Shown here: positions 1-12,549 of the stretch, piece after piece | Numbering within the stretch: position 1 is the stretch's first letter | Layout: each line of letters begins with the position of its first letter | Source: Phallusia mammillata | Lineage: Eukaryota | Assembly (NCBI GenBank): GCA_965637545.1 | Contig: OZ281499.1 | Location: forward strand, 18,104,001 to 18,168,000 | Reading direction: 5' to 3' | DNA: 64,000 bases | Translations under genes and position numbers: made by a program | The notes under the pieces: generated by a model | What the model was told of the DNA's origin: nothing | The model's input: only the letters and a program-made list of their open reading frames with translations | Database searches by the model: none

Positions 1-1174
1 AAGCAAATGTAGCTTTTTGGATGTACCGTAACTCGACAAACATCCATGTTTACCTTTCACCACATACAACTTTGTTTTGATTTTGTAACTTGCTGTTCTG
101 ACTTCAGCATGTATCTTTCCCAATATGGGCAGTGGTCTCTTTGCTCCATATGCATGTATTACTGTTTCAGTATCTTCTAGTGCGCAATCTTTCAACTTTT
201 GAAGAGTTTTCTCATCAATTATGTTTACAGAAGCACCAGAATCAACTACGAAAGGAATTTCTTGTTCATTCACTTTCAGGATCATGTGAGGTGTTTTGTA
301 ATTAATACTTTTCACTGTACACATGGATACACATTGTGATTCTTCATCACTGTAATCTGAACCAGAGGTGTTTTCTGCATTTCTCACATGCTTTTTATTT
401 CTGTTAATGAAACAACATTGGGGAAAATGATTGTACTTTCCACACTTGGAACATTTCTTTCCATATGCTGGACAAGACTTGCGTCCATGTTTATGAGGGT
501 AGTTTCCTGCACAAAAGTAGCATTTCCTTTGTCTCAAGTCTTCTTGGTCGACTGATACTCTTCTCTTCTCTTTTGGAAATCTTTTCTGCTTTACTCTGGA
601 AACCATTTCTTCATTTGTTGTTTCCAACTTGACTCGATTTGCAATTGCTTTTGCTTGGACTTCTGATGATTCCATTGAATATGCAATATCAAGCAGTTGT
701 GTTAAATTGATATCTTTTTTTTTCAAGTGCTCTTAATCTTAACTTGTTATCTCTGCACTTGCTGATGATTTGACTTTTGATCTCTTTGTCTCGATCATTG
801 AAATCACAATCAACAGATAGTTGTCGAAGACGTGAATAAAATTGATTCATGTTTTCATCTTCTTCTTGTTTCGTCTCACGAAACTTGAATATTTCATAAT
901 CAACATGTTTCATTGGAATAAAGTATTTGTTAAGAGCTTGCAGAGCTTTGTCATACTCTTCAGCATTGCCATTATCTGGTAATGTTTCAAAAATGTCAAA
1001 TACTTCTGCTCCTGCATAATGTAGCAAACATGCTCTTTTTATCTTGTCACTTGTGATGTCTTTTACCACAAATAAGTTTTCAAGGCGTTTCACCCATTTT
1101 GTCCAACGTGTACCAGCAGTTGAATGATCGGTAACGTCAAATGGAGGTAAACTATCTGACAGTGTAGCAGCCAT
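1..1174 (-). pseudogene. gypsy gag-protease, frameshifted in the A9 run at 715-723
   Basis: ATG at 1174 (MAATLSD). After EKK the frame shifts; the alternative frame reads DINLTQLLDIAYSMESSEVQAKAI, then zinc knuckle and DSG protease. Confidence 0.85.
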
Positions 1175-1282
1175 CTTGTTTGTTCTGCTTTTTCGTCTGT
1201 CTTTCTCCTCAACTTTTAGGTGTTTTACGAGTTTCAAGGTGACTTTAAAAGTATCTTCGTCAATCCTTGATTACTATTAATT

Positions 1283-1295
1283 ATCCTCGTCGCCA
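1283..1295 (-). other. Primer-binding site complementary to the 3' end of tRNA-Ser(GCU)
   Basis: Minus strand TGGCGACGAGGAT abuts the LTR; animal tRNA-Ser(GCU) ends ATCCCATCCTCGTCG-CCA (recalled, not searched). Confidence 0.8.
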
Positions 1296-1466
1296 GTTAT
1301 AGTGTTCCGCTGCCTAGTGCTTTGTCAGAGACTAGACATAACACAAAGTGTTTGTTTATATGCTTTCGCTATTGCTCGCGCTCATAGAATGAAACGGCAT
1401 GGTCAATACGGTCACGTGATATACTGTTAACATAGAGATCATATATTACTAATTGTAAACACTACA
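1296..1466 (-). repeat. 5' LTR of the first gypsy element (~170 bp)
   Basis: Lies next to the PBS, has imperfect terminal inverted repeats, and host-type sequence resumes at 1467. Confidence 0.65.
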
Positions 1467-1507
1467 ATGTGCAGAGTAATTTATGATTTGATCGTGGTTA
1501 GTTTTTG

Positions 1508-2330
1508 ATGCCGAAAAACAAAACTCAACTTGACAAAAATGGCCATGCAGCCAGATACGGGATTTTTGAAGTTCTACATCTTGAGAAGCGAAATCAAACA
1601 AACTCTGCACATAAATTTGAGCCACAGAATTAAGTCAACTCAAACTCAAGAGAAAGACCAATTTGTGTGCAGATTTCTTCTGTTAGCACAAAACAAAGCA
1701 AAGAAAATGTGTCTTTGAAGTTGTGTATGAAATCCCCACTTTTTTGGTCAAAGCTCATATTTCTTTGCGTTGATTACTTGCGTTCTCTGCGCTATTTCTT
1801 TGCGTTAGTAGCCTATTCTTCTTTGACAGTTACATAACTTGGAATAATCAAATTCAACTCCCTGATACAATTGACTTTTTTGCGAATTATTTTAGTTATA
1901 TATTGATTGCTGCCGGCCTGATAGCACCTATCAATGGTGTAGTATGCGATGTAGTAGTTAAGTACAGCCGTGATTCAAATATCAGCCGAAACACCCGAAA
2001 ACTACGTGGCGTCTTTGTATCCACGCTGATAACCGGATGTCTTCAAATAATCCTGAATATTATAGTACTTATTAACAGCATTTATCGATTTACTAATAGT
2101 TTTTCTTTTCTTTTACTCATTTCTTATGGGCGGGGTGTCAAATTTTATTGGCCAAATCTTTCCAATGGTTCACTTTGGTCAGCTTTTGCGGAATTACATT
2201 TTTTGCTGGAGAACTTTTTTCACTTCTACAATACGCGTTGTTTCTAACTATAGAAAACTCGTATTTGTTTTCGACTGTGAACTACCTTCTGTTAGGAATT
2301 TGCATTCTGAGTTTCGTCCACATGACAAAA
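1508..2330 (+). pseudogene. SLC43A3-like pseudogene A (3' half, frameshifted)
   Basis: LMPKNK...LKSCMKSPLFW...LIAAGLIAPINGVVCD in shifting frames; the first ~500 nt are nearly identical to 35701-36210. Confidence 0.85.
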
Positions 2331-2573
2331 AGTGGATATAATTTCCAAAAGTGGATATAATTCCGTTTTTGTGAATTTTGTTTAATGGTGTTGCTTATAC
2401 TTCTCGCAAATTGGCATTTTTCAGTTTTGTGGCACATAGTTTGGCCTCCGGCGGTGAGATTGATTGTGAGAATGAACGTTTTGTTTGGTAAACCACCTCT
2501 GACACCATAAGATGAATCCACTACGTTCACGGTTACCTGTATTGACAGTCACGTTTAAGACGTGGTTCGGTGT

Positions 2574-2703
2574 TTTTTTTTTTTTTTTTTTTTTTTTTTT
2601 CCACGGGGTTCGAACCCAGGACTCTCCCGGGGACGAATCCCGATCAGGGTTTTTATGTCTGTATATGGGTCAGGCGCGCCGGACCATTCGGCCAAGTTCC
2701 TGC
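2574..2703 (-). mobile_element. Short tRNA-derived SINE (family A) with poly(A) tail and 13-bp TSD
   Basis: Minus strand has A-box TGGCCGAATGG, B-box GGTTCGAACCC, then CCGTGG(A)n. TSD CGTGGTTCGGTGT at 2561-2573 and 2704-2716. Confidence 0.85.
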
Positions 2704-3978
2704 CGTGGTTCGGTGTTATATACGACAAGTGACATTCCAGGAGAAAGACGACATCTAACGACCAAAATAAATACATGCATCAGACTATTCACCTGATATA
2801 AATATATAACAGTGAAAAGTATTGTTTTCATGCTGTTTCATAATTTTTTTCCAGCAATGCAGTCGTTACGCTTAATGTTTTTAACATTATCTTTTTCATC
2901 TTATTCTGCAAAATCACAACAAAATGCTGTCATGGCACCGAACCACTTCGGCCCAATGAAAATGCGAAGAGCGAATAAACTAACAAACTTTGTTTTGTCA
3001 ATTGTTTGGTTTACACGAGTTCCAATTTTCCGCAGAACGACTATTAAGTTACATCATGATAAAAAAATGTTTCATGGCATAGCGCTTGCAATAAAGTTTT
3101 CAAAATAACACTAAACACAAAGCAATGTTCGAAAGTAGTTACAAAATGTGTCGTGTTGCATGATGCAAACTAGTTCCACTCTGAATCAACTTGTCTTGGA
3201 TTGAGATTTTGCAATAATTCTCACGAGCCTGTACGTTTACCCGTAGTTTTCTATTCTGAAAACTTTATCTTTTTTGAAAAAATAAAAGTAGGCGAATCCG
3301 ACAATTAGAAATAAATCCTTTCCGTAAATGCAATAGATCGTCGCAGCTGTTTACAATTGCTGATGGACTTTTTTGTCACCCTCTTTATACGTAGTTTAGT
3401 CAGAGACACTAAATGCCTTTGCTTTTTTGAACTTGCGATTTGTACAATGAAGTACAATATGATCCCTGAAAGACACAGAATTCTTCGCAAGGGTCGTAAA
3501 AATCTAATCACATCACAAATTGTCCTGCGCGAAAAATTACAATACAACCCCAAGGGCCAAGGCAATACAAAAACAACGCAGCGTGGCATCCTAAAGCAAG
3601 CGGAAATACTGCAAACTTTTATCAAGAACAGCCATATGCGATTTTTTTGAACTGCAGGTTTTGTAACGATCTGTTGTTACTGTTTTTAACCCTTTCGTGG
3701 CCAGCTTTACTCTTCACATCAGTTAAAAACTTTTCAAATTCGTCAAGGTGGCTGGGCTAGGCATTCGTGACGTATTCCATTTTTTCGCGCGTTTATGTGG
3801 AAAAAGGGACGAATGGGAATTACCTTCCACATCATGGGTGTCAAGTTCGCAATTGTCATAGGGTAAGCTTTTCGAAGAGGCATGAATATTTTACCTCACC
3901 TGATTTCGCATAAACTTGAGCAAAATTGAATAGACCAAAAAGTAATACAGACTCGTTCGCTCACTAACAAAAGAGATA

Positions 3979-5702
3979 ATGCAAAGATTACAACAGGATG
4001 GAGTTAACATGGTAAGAGTTTAGTTCAGTCCATACGTTCTACAAAGTACTGTTGCTTTGCAAATCATTTTGATTTTTTTAATGAAGCGCAACTTAACATT
4101 TTATTGCGAAGTATTTTCGGATTACATTTAGCACTTTAATATAATTAAAACTAAAGATTTTGCAGCAAAATACATAAGATTGTGCAAAAGTCTAATTTTG
4201 TTATGCCAAGTTGTCAACGCAAATAAAATAGTTCAGATAAATTCCATTTTTAGAGGCTTTTTTAACAGAACTTGAAGTTAAAAATGACTATGCTTGATGC
4301 ACTAAGCATTTTTACTGCATTACTGGAAGTGCTATTACAAGGTGGTGTTATATACGGATGGCCTTCCATACAATTTGTCCTCATTCAAGAAGGTTACTTT
4401 GCATTTAACTGCTCTTTCCTTCCAGGCAACGGAACTATGACACCATGCTCATCTGACGAGTCGACATTCAACCTCGTATTTACATTAGCTATTGCTGCAC
4501 AAACAATTAGTTCAGTACCATTTGGTTACATATTGGATAAATTCGGAACATGGACCAGTAGAAGCATTGCATGTTTTCTCAACACTTTTGGCTGGACGTT
4601 GCTGGCTGTGATGTCACCACAGACAGTTGGTTTACTTTTCCCAGCCATGATTTTCATTGCAACATCTGGATTGCATTTCCAAGTCACCAACGTTCAATTA
4701 AGCGACCTGACAACCGACCACAAGTCAGGTTACCTTTTTCTACTTGCCGGTGCTTACGATTCCGCAGTAGTGGTGTTTTTTCTGATTAAAGTGGCCTACG
4801 ACAGTGGCACCCACCTTACAAGTGTTTTTCAGTTCATGGCCTGCATAAGTGTGTTTCCATGGTTACGTACGTTTCTCTTGATGCCGAAAAACAAAATTAT
4901 AGTTGACAAAGATGGCAGCGTCGGTAGATACGGAATTTTGGATGTCCTGCATGTTGCAAAACGAACTCAAATAACCTCTTCAGTCGAAACGGGGTCGCCC
5001 AATACAGACAGATCAAATCCGGGGGTTGAATTATCAATAGACGAGACACAAAATGAAGAGAATGAATTGTCTTTGAAATCGTGTTTAAAATCCCTGCTTT
5101 TTTGGACCAACCTCATATTTCTGTCAATTGGGAGTTTGCGTCTGGTGTTTTTCTTTGGCAGTTACATATCATGGGTTAGTCGGATTCATCCTTCCGACAG
5201 AATTGACTTTTTTGCGAACCTTTTTGGTTACATATTGATTGCTGCCGGCCTGACAGCACCTATCAACGGTGTAATATGCGATGTAGTAGAAAAGTACAGC
5301 GGTGATTCAAATATCAGCCAAAATACTCGAAAACTACGTGGTCTATTTGTCACCATGTTCATCACCGGATCCATTGAAATAATCCTGAACGTTACAGTAT
5401 TAACTAATAGCGTTTATGGTTCCCTAGTGACAATGCTTTTCTTTCGCTCGTTTCTTTTCGGGAGTTTGTCAAATTTTTTAGCCAAAAACTTTCCTTTGAT
5501 TCACTTTGGTCAGCTTTACGGAATTACGGTTTTTGCTGCAGGACTTTTTTCACTTCTACAATACGCGTTGTTTCTGTCCATCGAAGACTCGAATTTGTTT
5601 TCTGTTGTGAATTACCTTCTTTTGGCAGTTTGTATTCTTAGCTTTGTCCACCCGGTTCTTATATTCGTCAAAGCCTACACATCACATCCAGTAAATTACT
5701 AA
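3979..5702 (+). CDS. SLC43A3: SLC43A3-like MFS transporter, copy B (intact); exons 3979-4011 and 4269-5702, ~488 aa
   Basis: Motifs LLEVLLQGGVIYGWPS, FGYILDKFG, TNVQL, GAYDSA and RTFLLMP resemble the SLC43 family (ENBT1/LAT3/LAT4); many hydrophobic segments. Mini exon MQRLQQDGVNM with donor ATG|GTAAGA splices in frame to acceptor TTTTAACAG|AAC TTG. Orthology within SLC43 was not tested. Confidence 0.88.
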
Positions 5703-7161
5703 TTTAGGGATTACAACTTTACATGATAGAAAACTATTTCGCTTTCAAACATATTGCTTTGTGTCCCACCAGTGACGCTTTTACCCTAAATTGTACAAAT
5801 TGGGAATGTTTCACGACACAATTCCTAATTTTTTGATTGATGCTGCTAGGTTTGATTCCTCTGTGACTTTCGCATGTTGTACATAATGTGAACCAAGCAT
5901 CGTAATAATACCAAAGCAAATTAAAGCTTTAAACTATCCCCATCTATGTTTTGTTTGCACTTTATTGCATTTTGAATGGTCTATGCAAAGTAGCTGCAAA
6001 AACAACAATACTTGGTTAAGTGAATGCAATGAGTCGTAAAATGCGGTAAAAAGCGTTGAACCATGCTCCAAAGGCGGCTTCGCAAAAACAACATGTGAGT
6101 ATTGCGTGACTAACTTGTCGCATTATTACCCCTGCTATGACGTTGCAATCTTTCACAAGTGTGTGACGAAAAAATTTCGCAAAATTTACCCAAGTGCGTC
6201 GAGTTCAGATGTAAAACGTCTCGGAACGTGTTGAGTTCGTCAGCCGTAAGAGATTGTCCAGGTCACGGTGTTAAATGATGTAAAGAAGACTGCGTGCAAA
6301 AAAACGGCGTTTCGAGCCACTATCACTACACTTTGCTGCATAACATACTCCAGTCGCAAACCAGAGGCACCAGCGATCTCGATTGAACCGTCAAGATCGA
6401 CTCTTGTCCGGTGTCAACGCAGGGTTACCGCATCTGCGTGCGCAAAATTCTTGACGGTTTAAATAAGCATGTTTGGCGACACCAAAGTTTCGTCACAATG
6501 GATTATATCACATGTTGTTAAATAAGTTGCAAAGCAGTGGATAAATTACAAAGCATTTTTTCAAATCCGGTCCTTTTTTTCGCTTTCAAGAGGCGTAGTC
6601 TCCCGCTATGTACGCGCTAGTGCATTTCATGCATCAAAATCAACACAAACAACAGCTATAATGTAAACCGTTAAGTCCCCCATAAAAAGACATGTGAAGA
6701 TTGTAGGTTAAGCGAGTTTGCGTAATCTCCGGACATTGAGAGTGTATTTGAAAATTATTTTCTGAAACATACTTTGCGTCCGAATTCCGGACGAATGGTA
6801 ACCCTATGACAACGCCTGACAAATGTCATACCTGTATGAGGACATGTGTCGGTGAGTCTGCCGGTCGAGTTGCCTTGGAGAGAAAGCACAGCTTGTTGGC
6901 CGGAAAACAAGCCATTGGCCGAAGGATGTCTGACATATTTTATGCAACGCCTGTGAAAAGATAACTCACTGAAGTACACGAGCTCAATTCTGTCCTATCT
7001 TGAGTTTCCGTAGTTTTATTCACCCTCTTTTTACCCTAATCATAATTAAACGTTTAACAAATTACGAAACAGTATGAAAACGATATTTTTCACTATCATG
7101 TTTAAATTAGGCGCATAGTGTGATTTATTTATTGAGGTCGTTAGATGTCGTCCATGAGTTA

Positions 7162-7215
7162 TGACGTCACTTGTCATATATAAAAGCGTATCGCGTCCTT
7201 GATCTGGGCAGTCAA
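7162..7215 (+). promoter_or_regulatory. Candidate Pol II core promoter (CRE + TATA + Inr-like)
   Basis: TGACGTCA at 7162-7169, TATATAAAAG at 7177-7186, and GCAGTC about 30 nt downstream. Confidence 0.4.
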
Positions 7216-9011
7216 TACGGGCAACCGCTTCGGTGCAGGTGTTATAAGTGGTTTTCCAAATAACATGATAGGATCATTCTTATAGCCAGAGTTACAATAA
7301 ACTGGATTTGGCTCAAAAGGCTTTATTTGCCAGCTGTTGAATATGATGGAAAGAACAGGGTCAAACCGACAACCGGAAAATTTGAAAATGATGCAATTTG
7401 AATCTGTGGCCTAGAGATTTAAGACGACGGTTGTCCCAAAAAAGAATATCACCAGCAAATGATACAAGATTTGTTTTCTATCAAAACGATGGTAAAGATA
7501 TGAGGTTTTTATTAACCGAATTATAAAAAATTTAGGAGCCCCTTGTTACTCTCCAATCCGTTGTTAGTATATATTATGGGATACTTCTTCAAAAACTATC
7601 AAAATGTGCATGAGAATAAATCAAAATGTGCAGATTCTGCGCGTTGCGACGTAAAGCACAGGCTTTCATGCACTTAACTTGCCCTAGGGTATAACAGATA
7701 GTTTCGTCCGAATCTGCTAGTCTTGTTTTGATGTTGCAGCTTTCGCTTGTCGTAAATGCACTGTTTCAAAATTTAACTTCAGTAAAAATGTATATGCGCT
7801 CTACGTCGATTTGACACGTCAACAGCGGTTGTTTGAACGTGTGGAAAGTCAGTTACTATGTACAAGGTGTTGGTAGTTTATTTTGAGCAATCCAACGTTC
7901 AAATCTGTTTGTAATGTTCCTTGATGTTTCCTAAGTTGATTTACAGCTTGCAGTTTCAGAAACAAACAGTGTTTAATAAAAGTAACTGTGTGCGCGGCTA
8001 CATAAGCATTGCAGAAAAACTTATGGCAAACACAATCTAACTTATGTTATAACTGAGGGAAGAGCCACTGTAAGTTTGCAAACTTAATATTCTGTGTTGA
8101 TTTATTGCTTGAAAATAGTTTCCGTTCAAACGTATCGTTTCACTCGATTAAGGTTTCTTGCTTGCAAGATGTTTCGTTTTTTCAAAGGTCTGCTACCACC
8201 ATGAGTTGAAACGTAAAAATGTGGGTTCTATATAAGTCTTAAAGTGTTTACGTTTCAAACTACTGCTGGGAAATCACTTGAGAGTCAAGCTTTGCACAAA
8301 ACAACTTGTAAATTTCTTTATTTGTGGTCAAATGTATGTTGGTACGTGCGTGCATCTAAAATTATATAAAGTTAAAAAATTAGGTGATACTTGTCAAATC
8401 GCCGATTGAAAACAACAATAGTAACAACCTAACATTACAAAATCTGCAGTTAAAAAATCACATATGGCTGTTTTTGATCAAAATTTGTAGTATTTCCGCT
8501 TGCTTTAGGATGCCACTCTGTGTTGTTTTTGTATTGCCGTGGGGTGGTATTGTAATTTTACATGCAGAGTAATTTATGATTTGATCGTGGTTAGTTTTTC
8601 ACGACCTGAGCGAAGAGTTGTCTGATTTTTGGGATCATATTGTACGTCTCCGACTAAACTACGTATAGAGGTGGTGACTAAAAATATCCATCAACTATTG
8701 TGAAAATAAGTGACTGTCGACTGTATTTCCGGAAAGGTTTTATTTTTGAAAAGTTTCTCATTTCCAGAAGTGAAAACTACATTTCAATGTAAAGGCTTAA
8801 AGATTGATCGCAAAACCTTAATCCAAGACAAGCTGATACAGAGTAGAAAAATTGAAACTCATGTAATCCAAACGATTTTCAAATCAAAGTTAATTCGTCT
8901 GTGATATTTACTTTGTTGATTCGTCTGTGATATTTACTTTAGGCCGAAAGGTTAGATGCTAATAACTGTATTTTGTTGTTATTTTATAGAGTGTGCAGAT
9001 AAAAAAACATT

Positions 9012-9579
9012 ATGTTAAAAACATTGAGCGTAACTGCTGCATTGCTGGAAGTGTTAACACAATCAGGTGCTCTATACGGATGGCCTTCATTGCAGTATGT
9101 CCTGATGAAAGATGGTTACTTTGCATTAAATTGCTCTTCATCGTCAAGTAACGGAACTTTATTGAAATGCTCATCTGACGAATCGACATTCAATCTTGTC
9201 TTCACATTATCTACTGTTGCAATTATGTTTAGTTCAGTCCCATTTGGTTACACATTGGATAAATTCTGAATATGGACCAGTAGAAGCATTGCATGTTTTC
9301 TCGGCAGCGGTTATTCTTCGTCCATTTCTCCATGGTAGTGTAACCAATTTTCTGGCTCAAAACTTTCCAATGGTTCACTTTGGTCAACTGAACGGAATCA
9401 CTTCATTCGCAACTGGACTTGTCGGCTTTCTGCAATACGCGTTATTTCAAACCATTAAAGACGTGTATTTGTTTTCTGTCATGAATTATCTTCTTTTGTC
9501 GCTTTGTCTCCTTAGTTTTGTCCACCCTGCTCTTATTCTAATTGAAATCGTGCGTCTTAAAAATTATGAAAAAATGTGA
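9012..9579 (+). pseudogene. SLC43A3-like pseudogene C (nonsense codon plus large internal deletion)
   Basis: N-terminal MLKTLSVTAALLEVLTQSGALYGWPS to DKF*, joined near 9300 directly to C-terminal FLHGSVTNFLAQNFPMVHFGQL. Confidence 0.9.
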
Positions 9580-9729
9580 CTTATTTAATAACTCCAGTGA
9601 AGAATAACAAATGTTTTTCCTTGTCTTATTTTTGTTGCCCAGAATGTTAATAATGAAAGTCACCAGTCCTGGCTTACCTAATGTGGTATTTGTGGTGTTT
9701 TAAAATCTTTGTTGACATTCGTTGTAACC

Positions 9730-10090
9730 AGGGTTGCCATACCGTCGATATTTTTCAGTATTGTCCTTATTTTAAAGGGTGGTGTCTTTGGAAAATTCAT
9801 TGTTTTTGAGCAAAAAAATGTCCTTGTTTGACCTTTTTTGCCTTATTTTTAAATATTACAAGGATCAAACGTGGCGAAATGACAGTCAAATCCTTGCTAC
9901 AAGTAAAAGTAAACCTAGACCTGACCTGTCGTGATATGCACGAAGTATCTGCGAACAATGATTTGCTGGAACAGATAGTTTCTGGCAAAAAAAATTGCTG
10001 TGGTATGTCATGGCTGGTATAAACGCAAGGATTTGTTTTGTACAAATGTAATTTTTCAAATGTCCTTATTTTGCGATCGATGTCGATGGA
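9730..10090. mobile_element. hAT-type MITE (CAGGGTTGCCA family), right end degenerate
   Basis: Reverse complement of the element at 44014-44395; repeated TGTCCTTATTTT subterminal motifs. Confidence 0.7.
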
Positions 10091-11179
10091 AACAAGTATT
10101 GAGCTTTAGCGAACCAGGGTTTTTCTTAAAGCAACACAATCGGTTAGTTTATATACCCCCACATAAATAATACAATGAAAACTTAACAACTTCAATCCCC
10201 CCCCCCTCCAAAAAAATATGTTCTCATGAATTTATGAAACTTTATCGTACCACGCTGTATTGTATTTATGGGACCTTTTTACGTGAACGGAATTTTATGT
10301 TTCATTTTTTGTTCTTTTCGTCGCCATTAAAAAGGAAACATATTTGGAGTTTTAAAGGTTGCGAAAACTGTAATTTTCACAATATAATATATAATTAGTA
10401 CTTTTCCTGACTTCCAGTTATTTTACGAAGTACGCAATTTCTGCTGAAGATGTTAGTGTGAAGAAATTACTTGTAGAAGTTAGCAAAAAACATTCGTACC
10501 ATCCTTTCAAAACACTTCGCAGAATGAGTAAAAGCTGGAGGTTGCTGGCCCAACGGCCCAACTTACAACTCTGTATGGTGTAGCCCCGGTTAGGTTATGT
10601 ACTATATCGGGAAAGAAACGATTTGATGACTGTTATATCTTATTTGCCGGTAATATCCTATTTATATTGATTCCCGCTTTTCCTCACTTCTTGTATTGCA
10701 ATCTATTGCGTTGTGTGACGTAACAACCAACCGCCAGTTTTGTGTGATAAAGCAACGTGGTTTACTTTTGCTGGTACTGACATCCGTAGAGCACTGTGCT
10801 AGTCGTGTTTTAGTCATTTACTTTAAATTTGAAATATAAGTGAGCACGGTGAAAGTCGTGGAGTTGTCAATTACTTAGCAGGTGAAATATAAATGATGTG
10901 GATTGAACTGTGATGACCTAAAATCTCTTCCAGCTTTACTTTTATTGTCCTGTACTTTTACCTGCGGGCTTAAAAAGCATTTTGTACAACCACAAGGACA
11001 GCTTTTTTCATTAATGAAGCAAAAGTAAGGAGGTCTTAGTTATTTTCATCAGAGTTACTGCATCATTTGCAAAGTTTATCCCTCGAGTGCTCGAAAAGAA
11101 ACATTTCAGCCAGCCAACAAGATAAGTTCTTTTAGTGTTTTAAAAAAGTTTGCAATGATCTTTGCGCCTGTTATATGTT

Positions 11180-11700
11180 GGCAGTTACAAAAGTTCGATT
11201 ACATTAGCCAGATAAAAACTGCGGACAGGCTCGACTATTTCACTAACCTTTTCAGGTCCATATTAATATCAGGCGGTCTAGCAGCACCTATAAACGGTGT
11301 AATATGCGACGCTGTAATAAAATGCAACAACTCATCAGAAATCAGCCCCCAAACTAGAAAACTGAGTGGCTTCTTTGTATTCATTCTAATAAAAGGATCT
11401 CTTGAAATAATTCAGGACATTACAGTGTTGTCAAACAGGACATATAATTCCCTTGTAACTTTGCTTTTTTGTTTCATTTCTGTACGGAAGTGTGATAGAC
11501 TTCACATCTAAAGCCTTTCCAAAGGTTTACTTTGGTAATCTTTTGGGATTTATGTATATTTTAGCTGGACTTAGCAGTACGGGTTGTTTCAAACCATCGA
11601 AAACTCACATTTGTTTTCTGTGGTGAATTACATTAGTTTGGTTCTTCGTATTCTCAATCTCATTAACCCTGTGCTTATATCTTTGTTAAAGCATTTCCAC
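11180..11700 (+). pseudogene. SLC43A3-like pseudogene D (3' fragment)
   Basis: DRLDYFTNLFRSILISGGLAAPINGVICD...; frameshifts downstream. Confidence 0.8.
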
Positions 11701-11949
11701 GCAACACCGCAAATAATTGAAATAGTGTTTAAACTCATGTAAACTTATCTGTGAAATTAGTTATGGTGATTTTGCTAAACTTTGCAGCCACAATCATATT
11801 CAGCTTGCGTTACGGTTCGATTCGTTCTAAAAAGTGGTACAAAGTACACAAACACATCTTTTGACGATACATTTTGTAATTATAAATGTACAAAACCTAT
11901 AACGATCATTTGCCCCAATTTGTACAATAAAAACACCCCGAATCAATAC

Positions 11950-12545
11950 AGCAAAAATTCCCTGATCAATAATTGACATCGCCAATCATACTGATGACGT
12001 AGTTCCTGCCCTGTAGTTGAACCGGACGTTTGCAAGGCGAGGCTGCGTTGAGACTACATCAAGAATCCATTCCTCGTTGTTATTTCGTTTCCCAATCTCT
12101 TTTACTGACGTCACGAATGGGACACGGTTGAGCGCTTTTCTAACTTCACTTTCGGATAGTTCTGAAACACTATCGTCACGTGATTTTGTAAGCAGTGACC
12201 TCTATTAGTTTCAAGGTTAAGTTGTGTCTTTTGGGTTATCGCGGTGTTCCTTTAATTCTGGCGCAACAGTCTTGGGTGTTGATGTCGAATTTCGTCACTC
12301 TGACGTTACTGCTACGGTGAGCCAATTCAGCAGAAGGCATTACCAAATCCTGGGGCTTTACCGAAGTCCAGAACGAGCATTTGCAAACCAATTTCTTGCC
12401 GGCTGCGCACCGATCTCCGTGGTTTTGTTTTCCTGATTTTTCAAAGCCTTCAGAGGCCGCTACTTTATTATGTAGCAAAGGCAGTTGGATGCGAAATTTC
12501 GATGAAGGTTTGCTCTTTTCAGCAGGTTTGTGCACCTCGACCGGT
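11950..12545 (-). pseudogene. Frameshifted copy of the last exon of the 570-aa unrecognised gene
   Basis: VEVHKPAEKSKPSSKFRIQLPLL...CAAGKKLVCKC matches 46453-47035. Confidence 0.85.
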
Positions 12546-12549
12546 TTCA

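Larger units (their letters stand above)
1..1466 (-). mobile_element. Ty3/gypsy LTR retrotransposon, 5' part (LTR, PBS, gag, protease); runs off the window start
   Basis: Gag-like ORF 689..1237 (WTKWVKRLENLF...LLHYAG). It continues in another frame through a CCHC knuckle to the aspartic protease motif IPFVVDSGASVNII (~225-265). PBS at 1283-1295; LTR-like block 1296-1466 with TGTAGTGTT...AACACTATAAC ends. Confidence 0.9.
9550..12545. repeat. Direct segmental duplication, copy 1 (partner 43830-47035)
   Basis: Collinear similarity along the whole length (e.g. CGTCTTAAAAATTATGAAAAA, GGTTAGGTTATGTACTATATC, GGTGAAATATAAATGAT), visibly more diverged than the inverted arms. Confidence 0.85.

Noticed and set aside
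2574-2703. tRNA gene
   Set aside because: No acceptor stem closure, has a poly(A) tail and TSD; it is a SINE. The same applies to 14903, 14520 and 32894.
3305-3650. ORFs apparently conserved at 8384 and 32112
   Set aside because: Explained by recent DNA duplication; stops and frames differ between copies and there is no recognisable domain.
6050-7000. GC-richer block downstream of SLC43 copies as a separate gene
   Set aside because: ORFs are not kept between the duplicated copies at 6.0-7.0 kb and 24.6-25.6 kb; probably a decayed repeat, family not identifiable.
10313-10330. TTTCGTCGCCA as a PBS of another LTR element (also at ~44597)
   Set aside because: Short match with no recognisable LTR or gag next to it.
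11990-12030. Other CTGANGA hits (e.g. ~11992, ~10443, ~14675, ~25340) as hammerheads
   Set aside because: No stem II followed by GAAA and no closing stems could be built by eye.
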